Source: Vulcanimicrobiota bacterium (GTDB lineage Bacteria; Vulcanimicrobiota; Vulcanimicrobiia; Vulcanimicrobiales; Vulcanimicrobiaceae). Taken from it: 64,000 nt of DNA. The DNA lies in NCBI GenBank assembly GCA_963786105.1, contig CAWAXX010000023.1, positions 160,001 through 224,000 of the forward strand, read 5' to 3'. Position numbers and translations under genes: made by a program. The notes under the pieces were generated by a model. It was not told the origin of the DNA. It worked only from the letters and a program-made list of their open reading frames with translations, and made no database searches. Positions 9,436 to 18,337 of this stretch are shown in pieces (the first letter of the stretch is position 1; each line of letters begins with the position of its first letter).

Positions 9436-10257
9436 ATGCCCGAACCGCTGAATCCCTCGGACGTGAGCCCCCGGACCGACCGGGTGGTCGTGGACGTTCC
9501 CGGTTGGGAGCAAGTCCAGCCGCGTATCCCCGATACCCAACAGCGTCGGACGCTGGAAAAACAACGCAGCGTTCGCGAGGTCGTGTTTGGCGTGCAGGAC
9601 GGGATTCTGACGACGCTCGGCATCATCACGGGCGTCGGCGTTGCCGAAGGCGAACGCTCGGCCGTCATTATCAGCGGCTTCCTCGCGTTGCTCGCGGGTG
9701 CGCTTTCGATGGGAGTTGGAGAATATCTCGGCCGTAAGGCGGAGCGTGAAGTCGTGGCGGCAACCATCGAAATGGAGAAGCGCGAGATGGCCGCGGATCC
9801 GCAAGCCGAGTTCGCCGAACAGGTCGCCTACTATAAGGTCAAAGGCTTCAGCGCCGACGAGGCCCAGATGATCGTGAGACGCCTCACGCAGCACCCCGAC
9901 ATTTATTTATACGAGATGGTGCGCGACGAGTTCGGAATCGATCCGCGCGTCGCCGACGATTCGGGACTGCGAGGCCCGCTTTCCATGGGTTTCTCCTATG
10001 CGATCGGATCGCTGGTTCCAATCGCCGCCTTCTTGCTGCCGCTGTCGATGCGAATCGCGATCGGCGTATCGCTCGGCTGCGCCGTCGTCGGGCTGTTCGC
10101 GGTGGGTTTTTACGCCGGAACCTTGAGCCTGCGCAACCCGGTGATCAAAGGCCTCGAGATCGTCTTCTACGGCTGCGGCATTTTCGCGCTCTCGTACTTG
10201 GCGGGGCACTTCATTCCACCGCTTTTCGGTCACGCTCCGGTTCCGCTCGGCGGTTGA
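9436..10257 (+). CDS. VIT1/CCC1 family Fe/Mn transporter
   Basis: [10 protein letters not shown] and [12 protein letters not shown] motifs. Confidence 0.9.
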   Translation: MPEPLNPSDVSPRTDRVVVDVPGWEQVQPRIPDTQQRRTLEKQRSVREVVFGVQDGILTTLGIITGVGVAEGERSAVIISGFLALLAGALSMGVGEYLGRKAEREVVAATIEMEKREMAADPQAEFAEQVAYYKVKGFSADEAQMIVRRLTQHPDIYLYEMVRDEFGIDPRVADDSGLRGPLSMGFSYAIGSLVPIAAFLLPLSMRIAIGVSLGCAVVGLFAVGFYAGTLSLRNPVIKGLEIVFYGCGIFALSYLAGHFIPPLFGHAPVPLGG

Positions 10258-12404
10258 CACGCTCCGAGGTTTCCCGGGCTCCCGACGGGCACGAACCGGT
10301 GTATACGTGCCCAATGCATCCCGACGTCGCCGGCTCGCACCCCGGAGCGTGTTCCATCTGCGGGATGGCGCTCGAACCGCGCGAGCTTGGAGCCGAGCCG
10401 GAGGAAAACGCCGAGCTGGCCGACATGACGCGACGTTTTTGGATCGGCGTCGCGTTGACGGTACCACTGGTCGTACTTGTCATGAGCGATTATCTGTCGG
10501 GTTTGCACGCCTACGCGCCGCCTGAAATTTCCAAGTGGTTGGAGCTCGCTCTCAGCACGCCGGTGGTCCTGTGGTGTGGCTGGCCGTTCTTCGTGCGCGG
10601 TTGGAACTCGGTCGTCGCGCGGAGTCTCAACATGTTTACCCTGATCGCTCTCGGCGTCGGCGCTGCATACCTGTACAGTCTCGTGGCCGTGCTGCTTCCC
10701 GGTCTGTTTCCGGTCGCGCTCCGAAGCGCGCCGGGCGGACTCGCCGTATACTTCGAGGCTGCGGCCGTGATTACGACGCTGGTGCTGCTCGGGCAAGTGC
10801 TCGAACTACGCGCGCGCAACGAAACCAGTGCCGCCGTTCGGTCGCTCCTGGAACTGGCTCCCAAAACTGCCAGACGCGTTCTGGCGGATGGTTCCGAAGA
10901 AGACGTCCCGCTTTCGGAGGTGCGCGCCGGCGATCGACTTCGCATCCGCCCCGGGGAAAAAGTCCCGGTGGACGGGGTCGTCGTCGAGGGCGCATCCTCC
11001 GTCGACGAGTCGACGATCACCGGAGAGCCGATACCGGTCGAGAAATCGGCCGGCGGTCGCGTCATCGGTGCGACGATCAACGGCAACGGTACGCTGGTCA
11101 TGGAAGCGCAACGCGTCGGCGGCGACACGCTGTTGGCGCAGATCGTGCACATGGTGAGCGAAGCAAGCCGAAGCCGGGCGCCGATTCAAAAGCTCGCCGA
11201 CGTCGTCTCGACGTACTTCGTGCCCGCCGTGATCGGAATCGCCGCCGTAACGTTTGCCGTTTGGTTGTTTCTCGGTCCTGCGCCTGCGCTCGCTTATGCG
11301 ACCGTTAATGCCGTCGCCGTTTTGATCATCGCCTGCCCATGCGCTTTAGGGTTAGCGACGCCGATGTCGATCGTGGTAGCGGCCGGAAAGGGCGCGACTT
11401 TCGGCGTTCTCTTCAAGAACGCCGAAGCGATCGAAACGCTTGGCCGAGTCGACACGCTCGTCGTCGATAAAACGGGGACGCTCACCGAGGGGCGACCGCA
11501 ACTGCAGGAAATCGTGGCCCTCGACTCGCGATCGGACGAAGCGCTCCTCCAGGCCGCGGCGTCGCTCGAACGAGGCAGCGAGCATCCTCTGGCAACGGCG
11601 ATCGTCCAAGGGGCTCGGGAGTGGGACGTGCCGCTCGTGCCGGTGGCCGATTTCGAGTCGACTCCCGGAAAGGGCGTGCGCGGGCGAATCGACGGGCACG
11701 ACGTTGCTCTCGGGAACGCGGCGCTCATGAGCGCACTCGGCATCGACCCTGCTTCCGTGCTTGCGCAAGCCGAAGGCCTGCGAGCCCAGGGCAAAACGGC
11801 GATGTTCGTCGCCTTCGACGGCGCGCTCGCGGGGTTGGTGGCGGTCGCCGATCCCATCAAGCAGACGACGCCGCCGGCAATCCGGTCGCTGCATGCGGAC
11901 GGAGTTCGCATCGTGATGCTGACGGGAGACAATGCAACGACCGCCGCGGCGGTAGCGAGTCAACTCAATATCGACGAAGTCGTCGCGGACGTCCTCCCCG
12001 ATCAGAAGGCGCGGGTCGTACGACGTCTCCAATCCGAAGGACGATTCGTTGCGATGGCGGGCGACGGAATTAACGACGCACCGGCGCTCGCGCAAGCTCA
12101 AGTCGGGATCGCGATGGGAACCGGAACCGACATTGCGATGGAAAGCGCCGGAGTGACGCTAATCAAGGGCGATTTACGAGGTATCGTTCGCGCGCGCCGT
12201 TTAAGCGTTGCAACGATGCGCAACATTCGGCAGAACCTGGTTTTTGCGTTTGCCTACAACGCGCTCGGCATCCCGATCGCTGCCGGCGTTCTCTTTCCGG
12301 CGTTCGGCATTCTCCTATCGCCGATGATCGCGGCAGCGGCCATGTCGTTCAGCTCCGTTTCCGTCATCGGCAACGCGCTGCGACTACGAGGCGCTCGCGT
12401 GTAA
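10254..12404 (+). CDS. copA: copper-translocating P1B-type ATPase
   Basis: YTCPMHP metal-binding domain, [31 protein letters not shown] and MSFSS. Confidence 0.93.
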   Translation: MTRSEVSRAPDGHEPVYTCPMHPDVAGSHPGACSICGMALEPRELGAEPEENAELADMTRRFWIGVALTVPLVVLVMSDYLSGLHAYAPPEISKWLELALSTPVVLWCGWPFFVRGWNSVVARSLNMFTLIALGVGAAYLYSLVAVLLPGLFPVALRSAPGGLAVYFEAAAVITTLVLLGQVLELRARNETSAAVRSLLELAPKTARRVLADGSEEDVPLSEVRAGDRLRIRPGEKVPVDGVVVEGASSVDESTITGEPIPVEKSAGGRVIGATINGNGTLVMEAQRVGGDTLLAQIVHMVSEASRSRAPIQKLADVVSTYFVPAVIGIAAVTFAVWLFLGPAPALAYATVNAVAVLIIACPCALGLATPMSIVVAAGKGATFGVLFKNAEAIETLGRVDTLVVDKTGTLTEGRPQLQEIVALDSRSDEALLQAAASLERGSEHPLATAIVQGAREWDVPLVPVADFESTPGKGVRGRIDGHDVALGNAALMSALGIDPASVLAQAEGLRAQGKTAMFVAFDGALAGLVAVADPIKQTTPPAIRSLHADGVRIVMLTGDNATTAAAVASQLNIDEVVADVLPDQKARVVRRLQSEGRFVAMAGDGINDAPALAQAQVGIAMGTGTDIAMESAGVTLIKGDLRGIVRARRLSVATMRNIRQNLVFAFAYNALGIPIAAGVLFPAFGILLSPMIAAAAMSFSSVSVIGNALRLRGARV

Positions 12405-12487
12405 TCTGCCGACTTTCACGCGTTTCTCATCTGTTTGGGCGCTTTACCAATGTTTTGCGCTCGGCGCCCTAATAGAATGATAGGGAC

Positions 12488-12943
12488 ATGCTTACCAAAT
12501 TCGGTCGCTCCATCGCGACGACGCTTCTCGTGGGCTCCATGGCGCTCGGGTCCGCGGCACAACCGGCTAGAGCCGACACGACGTCGACCCTCATTATCAC
12601 CGCAGCTGCGGCCATCGGCCTCATGACCGCCGTTAACGTCGCTCAAAAGAATGCGAAAGCGCATCAAGTCGTCGGTTACTTGCCCGATGGCTCGACCGTT
12701 TATGCCGACGGTCACGTTGTAGCGCGCAACGGGCAAACGTGGTACCCGGGGAACTACGGCGAGACGATCGCGTGCAACGGTCCGCAGTGCTCCGTCACCG
12801 GTCCGAGCGGCGTGGGATATGGCGGCTATCCGTCAGGCTACGGCAATCCGCAGAGCTACGGATACCCCAGCGGCTATCCGACGGGCTACGGCTATCCCGG
12901 CGGCTATCCAAACGGATACGGGGCTCCTCGCCCACCCGGCTGA
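12488..12943 (+). CDS. secreted hypothetical protein with a Gly-Tyr-Pro-rich tail
   Basis: Signal peptide ending ARA, a hydrophobic segment, and GYP repeats. Confidence 0.7.
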   Translation: MLTKFGRSIATTLLVGSMALGSAAQPARADTTSTLIITAAAAIGLMTAVNVAQKNAKAHQVVGYLPDGSTVYADGHVVARNGQTWYPGNYGETIACNGPQCSVTGPSGVGYGGYPSGYGNPQSYGYPSGYPTGYGYPGGYPNGYGAPRPPG

Positions 12944-12956
12944 CGCATCGTCACTG

Positions 12957-13024
12957 TCCTTCGACTGCGCTCGCTGCGCGAGCTCCGCTCAGGACGACAA
13001 TGCGAGCTCCGCTCAGGATGACAC
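12957..13024. repeat. solo terminal module of the repeat family (right-end orientation, with a duplicated tail)
   Basis: TCCTTCGACTGCGCTCGCTGCGCGAGCTCCGCTCAGGACGACA followed by GCGAGCTCCGCTCAGGATGACAC; no core. Confidence 0.85.
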
Positions 13025-13027
13025 GGG

Positions 13028-14608
13028 TTACACGTTTCGCAACATGACGCGGGCGGCGTTCCAGCCCGCCGCTCCCATGACGCCGCCTCCGGGATGCGTG
13101 GCCGCGCCGCACAGGTATAGCCCTTTGATCGGCGTCGCGTAACCCGCAAACCCCGGAACGGGACGGAACATGAAGAGCTGATGCAGGGGCATCGCACCCT
13201 GGAAAATGCTGCCGCCCGTCAGTCCGAAGACGTTTTCAAGATCGACCGGTGTGAGAATTTGGCGGTCGATCACCGACGACTTGAATCCGGGCGCGTATTG
13301 CTCGACGATGTCGAAGCACCGGTCGGCGTACTCGTCGCGCAGAGCGTCGGTCCAGCCGCCGTCGACCGGCGCGTACGGCGCGTACTGCGTGAACATCGAC
13401 ATGAGGTGCTTGCCCGGCGGCGCTACGCTGGGGTCGAGCGACGTCGGCATCGTACATTCGACGACCGGATTTTGCGATATCCGGCCGAACTTCGCGTCGT
13501 CGTAGGCGCGTTCGATGAAGTCCTGGTCCGGACACAGATGGACGGTTCCGCGATGTTGGGGCCCGGCATCGTGCCCGGGTAGCGCGCTAAAGCTCGGCAG
13601 ACGCTCGAGTGCGACGTTGATTTTGCACGACGCGCTGCTGTAGGAGATCCGAGCGACCGCATCGTTGAAGGCGGGCGGCAGCGTCGCCGGATCGAGAAAT
13701 TTTTGAAACGTCAGGTGGCAGTCGACGCCCGACGCGACCTTCTTGGCGGCGAACTCGTCGCCGTTCGTCAAAGCGACGCCGGTGACCGAACCGTTCTTCG
13801 TAAGGATTTTGGCAACTTCGGCTTCGGTGCGGATCTCGACGCCGAGATCCATAGCGGCGCGAGCGATGGCCTGTGTCAGGCCTCCCATGCCGCCCTTGAC
13901 GTAGCTCCAAACGCCGCGCTTCCCGTTCGTTTCGCCCATGACGTGATGAAAGAGCACGTAAGCCGTGCCGGGCATCGACGGCGCCATGAAGGCGCCGATG
14001 ATGGCGTCGGTCGCAATCGTTCCCTTGAGCTGTTCGGACTCAAACCAGCGGTCGAGGATGGGACGCGCGGCCCCGGTGAGCACTTCGATCGCTTCGCCCA
14101 TCGCCGGGCCTAATCGCTGGAGCGCTTTGCCCATCTTGCCCATTTGGAACAACTGCCCCAGCGTGGGGTGCAGGAGGTTCGGTGGAACCTGCGTGAGCGT
14201 CGGTTCGACGACCGAGGCGACGCGCTCGAGCATCGCTTCGTATTTCGGATAATTCTCGGCGTCTTTTTTGCTGAACTTGGAGATCTCGTTTACGTCTTGA
14301 CTCGAGCCGGTCCCGAGAATCAAATACCGTCCGTCCAGAAACGGGGAAAACGACGCGGGGTCGCGCTCGATCGGTTCGAAGGCGTAGTCTCGCAAGCGCA
14401 GGTCGGCGATGATTTCCGGCCGGAACAGACTGTTGACGTAGGCCGCGGTGGAAACCTTATAGCCGGGCCAAATCTCTTCGGAGACGCACGCGCCGCCGAC
14501 GACGTAACGCCGCTCGAGCACCAGTACCTTCCATTTGGCGCGGGCGAGATAGCAGGCGGTCACGAGCCCGTTGTGGCCGCCGCCAATAACGATCGCGTCG
14601 TATTTCAT
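13028..14608 (-). CDS. phytoene-desaturase-like FAD/NAD(P) oxidoreductase (PYROXD2-like)
   Basis: IGGGHNGL, LERR..VGGA and LYLCGAATHPGGGVMG. Confidence 0.85.
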   Translation of the reverse strand: MKYDAIVIGGGHNGLVTACYLARAKWKVLVLERRYVVGGACVSEEIWPGYKVSTAAYVNSLFRPEIIADLRLRDYAFEPIERDPASFSPFLDGRYLILGTGSSQDVNEISKFSKKDAENYPKYEAMLERVASVVEPTLTQVPPNLLHPTLGQLFQMGKMGKALQRLGPAMGEAIEVLTGAARPILDRWFESEQLKGTIATDAIIGAFMAPSMPGTAYVLFHHVMGETNGKRGVWSYVKGGMGGLTQAIARAAMDLGVEIRTEAEVAKILTKNGSVTGVALTNGDEFAAKKVASGVDCHLTFQKFLDPATLPPAFNDAVARISYSSASCKINVALERLPSFSALPGHDAGPQHRGTVHLCPDQDFIERAYDDAKFGRISQNPVVECTMPTSLDPSVAPPGKHLMSMFTQYAPYAPVDGGWTDALRDEYADRCFDIVEQYAPGFKSSVIDRQILTPVDLENVFGLTGGSIFQGAMPLHQLFMFRPVPGFAGYATPIKGLYLCGAATHPGGGVMGAAGWNAARVMLRNV

Positions 14609-14623
14609 CAAAGGTCCTTCTCT

Positions 14624-17600
14624 TTACAGTTTCACTTTAACGCTGAAGTACGCGTTGAACGGCTGGGCCAGCGAGCTCGAGAGATCGTTGTACGTGCCGA
14701 AGTACGGCTCGTACGGGTATCGCAAGAACGTCTGTATATTGTCGCGTGGATTGTAGCCATTCCCAGCCGGCGGTGTGCTCGGACCGCCAACCAGATTAGT
14801 GTAGAGGCAGACGTTGCTTCCATGCAGGTACGTAAAGCCGGTCGTTTGACCGCCGAAGCAGGTCGAGAGCAGATTGGCCAGCGTCAACGTGAGGCTCACT
14901 CGCGGCGTGACGTCATAGCCGACGCGCAGGTGTCCGAGCAGTTGTGCGGGCTCGCGAAACCCTCCCAAAGGATCGAACTGTCCGGTATAGGGATCCGGAA
15001 TCGAGAGGCCCGCGGAAAGGCAGTTGTGAGCGTTGTACGGCGCTCCGCCGGATGCTCCGTACGGGTAACGTGGATCGCCGCTCGTCGAGCCGGGGAGGGG
15101 GGTGCACCCCCCGGCTGCCGGATCGATGCCGGGCGTCGTGAGCGGCGCACCGTACCGGTTTCCCGCGTTGTATTGAAACGATGGCGTAATCGCCAGCCTA
15201 TCGTGTTTGTAGTTAAGGATCAGCGTCGCGACGTAGGGATAGTTGTAGGCGTTTACGCCGGATCCGACTGGGCCGGGAAAGACCGAGTACGGAAGGTACG
15301 ACGCGCCCGGATCGTACAGCGAAAACGCCGGTGAATTCCAATAGGGATTAGCGATGTCTCCCTTGGCGCACGAAGCGTCAGCGTATCCGCTCTGCGTGTA
15401 GCAGGGTGCTGCGTACGAGTTCGGGCCGGCGGTCGTGTATCCGCAAACCGGCTGGCCAAACTGCACCTTCTTGTACAGGGATCCACCGGGAGCGCACGCT
15501 TTCGTGTACGCGTTATACTGGGCGATGCCCGTGTTGATCGGTGTGAGCAGGGTCGTTCCGTTGGACAGCGTTCCGTATTTAAAGGTCGCGTACGTATACG
15601 CGAACGATAATTGCCCCGAAAAGCCGTTTCGGCTAAAGTCGCCCTTGTTGAATTGGAATTCGAAGCCCCGAGAGGTCTGATAACCGGCGTTGAGCCCCGA
15701 CGTGAGGCCGGTCGTGTAGTTGATGTAGAAGTTCGATACCTCGGCTTGCGTTTGCCGTAAGAAGGGCGACAGCTTGAACGACATGTCGGTCCCCTTGAAG
15801 TGATGCTCGAGCGACAGGTCGCTATTGAACGATATCGATGGGGCGACTTGGTGTCCGGGGGTCGTGAACCCCAGCGGATAGAATTCGGTCAGGGTGTCCG
15901 GGAGATTCTGTTCGAGGCCATTGTACTGCTCGTAGGCGGAGCTGGGCTGCTGGTTGTATTTGCCGTAGCTCGCGCGTAGGACCGTGTCGGGATTAACGGT
16001 GTAGGTCATGCCGATCCGTGGCTGCACGATGTTATAGTCGAAGGCGGCGGGCGTGTTATCCACGTGGGCGTTGACGTACTGGCTCCCAAGTGTCGAACAC
16101 GGGATCTGAGAGTTGGTACTCCAATGACCCGGAGAAAGAAGCGCGCTCCGGTCGACCAGCGTCAGCGTGCGCGTGTCGAAACACGTGTCCTGATTGAACG
16201 CGTTAAACCAAAAGTTTCGCGCCGCGCCGGTGTTCGTGTTCGGTCCAACGAAGCTGTAGTTGTCCACGCGAACTCCGATGTTGAAGTTGAGTTTATCGTT
16301 GGGACGCCATTCGTCGGTGATGGAATAGCCCGCGAACGCCGGTTCGACCGTATTGTTGAAGCCGTAGGCCCCGTTTTCTGCGACGTAGTAGGCGCACGGA
16401 CCGTTTCCGCACCGTAAACCACTGACGTTGGGCCGGCCGCTTCCGTTGAGCCCTAAATAGGAGGGTAGGCGGCCGTAGGAAACGCCGCTGCCGCCGCCGT
16501 CGGAGCACGTCGTCGCCTGGGTGTAGAGATTGCCATTCTTTCCTGTTCGGATCGCGTAGCATGTGCCGCCGTTGATGTCGTTAGGATTCACGAGCTGTGC
16601 GAACTCGTTTCCGTAGAAGCGGCCGAAGGCAAACATTTGCTCGTTATAGATGCGCGCTCCGGTTGCGGTGGTGTACGTCCCTTCGGCCGACAGCAGATTT
16701 TGGGAGTTTAACTGGTCGGTGAAAGAGGCGCTGACACCGCGCGTGTGATTGTTGATTTCGTAGTCGCCGCTGTCGTAGTAAGCGTAGTACTGCAGCGACA
16801 TCATGGGTCCGTTCTCGATCCAATCGGAGTAGTACGTATAGCCGTAGAGACGCAGGAACGCGCTCGAGCTGAAGTTCTTCTGGTATTGCAGCTTGACGAT
16901 CGCCTGGCCGTTGTAACCACGATCGCGCTGGTTATTAGGATCTGGAATGGCGCCGAATAGCGGGTGCGCCGGCGACGACGGATACAGGTACGGATGGATC
17001 ATCGACTGGTAATTCTTGGGCAGTAGCGTACCGGTGGGTCCGGTGTATTGGTAGCTGTCGAGATAGTACGGCGGATAAGCGCCACCCGTGGAGGAGATCC
17101 AGTTATTCAAACCTTCGTCGTTGACGGAGCTGGAAAAGGTCGTGAAGATTTCGTCGTTGTCGTAGAGCAGTTGCACGTCGTCGCGCAGGCCGTCGCGTTT
17201 ATGCGGAATGGCGAAATGAAGATTCGCGACGAACGTGCGATCGGCAACGTTGACCGGGTTCGCGGTTCCGAATCCTATCGGGCCGAGCACCCATCCGGTG
17301 GTTCCGAGCTGCCCGAGGTTACGCGCGCCGTTGGTGTAGCAGGACGGCAACTGGGCCATCGTCGCGTTGGCCGGACACTGCTGGATTTGCTCGCCGAATT
17401 CGTTGGTATATGCCGCACCGCCAAAGTGATCGACGAAAACGTGGTCCTGATTGTAGCCGTTAAAACCGACGTAGTACGAGAACGTGCGGTCGGGCGTCGC
17501 GCCCCCGGCCTCGACGCTAATGCTATGATAAAACGTCGGCGAGCCGACAGCTAAATCCGCCTGAGCGTACCCGGGAAACGTACCGGTCTTAATGACCTGA

Positions 17601-18337
17601 TTGATGAAGCCGGCGAGCCCTTGCGCTTCCGCGCCGGCCGGCGTTGCGCCGGTGTACACTTGCAATTCCAGTTGGCCGAGCGACGAGATCGACCCCGACG
17701 GATAGTTGTCGAAGGCGCGATTAACGGGAATGCCGTCGAATTCGTACCCAACCTCGTATGAGTCGCCTCCACGTACGTGCACGGCTTGTAAGTATCCGGA
17801 TTGATTCGCCGGAACGTATGCGCCGGGAACGCTGGCAACGGCCGAATAGGCACTGTTGAGGTCGCTGCCGCCGCCGAGCACCGCCAAGCGCTCTTGTTGC
17901 TGTGCGTTGACCGAGTAGATATCGGCCGTGGTTCCCGGCCGCACCAAACTCGATGCCGAGCGCGACGATACCTGCGCGATGGTCTTAAGCGCCTTGTGCA
18001 TGACGAACGTGAGCGTTTGCTGCGCGTCGGCAAGAACGGCGATGCCGGGGTAGGATGCAGGATCGTAGCCACTCTTCTCAATCGTGGCGACGTATTCGTC
18101 GGGAGCCAGCGAAACGAAATGGAAGTGACCGCCGGCATCGGTGACGGTGTTCCCGGTTTGCGACGGGCTCGTCACGGTGACGCGGGCGCCCGCAACCGGC
18201 ACCGTGGTCCCAGCCTCGGTGACGGTTCCGCTGATACCTCCGGTCGTGCCCGCTGTTGCGGGAGCGGCGAACGAGAGCGCGCACAGCAACGGCACTGCGG
18301 CGAGTAGGACAGCGATAATTCGGCGATGCGTCGTCAT
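14624..18337 (-). CDS. TonB-dependent receptor (Oar-like) with an N-terminal carboxypeptidase-regulatory domain
   Basis: Signal peptide, GTTGGISGTV, plug motif VRGG...FDGIPVN, PRIGMTY...TVLRASYG, beta-strand C-terminus. Confidence 0.85.
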   Translation of the reverse strand: MTTHRRIIAVLLAAVPLLCALSFAAPATAGTTGGISGTVTEAGTTVPVAGARVTVTSPSQTGNTVTDAGGHFHFVSLAPDEYVATIEKSGYDPASYPGIAVLADAQQTLTFVMHKALKTIAQVSSRSASSLVRPGTTADIYSVNAQQQERLAVLGGGSDLNSAYSAVASVPGAYVPANQSGYLQAVHVRGGDSYEVGYEFDGIPVNRAFDNYPSGSISSLGQLELQVYTGATPAGAEAQGLAGFINQVIKTGTFPGYAQADLAVGSPTFYHSISVEAGGATPDRTFSYYVGFNGYNQDHVFVDHFGGAAYTNEFGEQIQQCPANATMAQLPSCYTNGARNLGQLGTTGWVLGPIGFGTANPVNVADRTFVANLHFAIPHKRDGLRDDVQLLYDNDEIFTTFSSSVNDEGLNNWISSTGGAYPPYYLDSYQYTGPTGTLLPKNYQSMIHPYLYPSSPAHPLFGAIPDPNNQRDRGYNGQAIVKLQYQKNFSSSAFLRLYGYTYYSDWIENGPMMSLQYYAYYDSGDYEINNHTRGVSASFTDQLNSQNLLSAEGTYTTATGARIYNEQMFAFGRFYGNEFAQLVNPNDINGGTCYAIRTGKNGNLYTQATTCSDGGGSGVSYGRLPSYLGLNGSGRPNVSGLRCGNGPCAYYVAENGAYGFNNTVEPAFAGYSITDEWRPNDKLNFNIGVRVDNYSFVGPNTNTGAARNFWFNAFNQDTCFDTRTLTLVDRSALLSPGHWSTNSQIPCSTLGSQYVNAHVDNTPAAFDYNIVQPRIGMTYTVNPDTVLRASYGKYNQQPSSAYEQYNGLEQNLPDTLTEFYPLGFTTPGHQVAPSISFNSDLSLEHHFKGTDMSFKLSPFLRQTQAEVSNFYINYTTGLTSGLNAGYQTSRGFEFQFNKGDFSRNGFSGQLSFAYTYATFKYGTLSNGTTLLTPINTGIAQYNAYTKACAPGGSLYKKVQFGQPVCGYTTAGPNSYAAPCYTQSGYADASCAKGDIANPYWNSPAFSLYDPGASYLPYSVFPGPVGSGVNAYNYPYVATLILNYKHDRLAITPSFQYNAGNRYGAPLTTPGIDPAAGGCTPLPGSTSGDPRYPYGASGGAPYNAHNCLSAGLSIPDPYTGQFDPLGGFREPAQLLGHLRVGYDVTPRVSLTLTLANLLSTCFGGQTTGFTYLHGSNVCLYTNLVGGPSTPPAGNGYNPRDNIQTFLRYPYEPYFGTYNDLSSSLAQPFNAYFSVKVKL

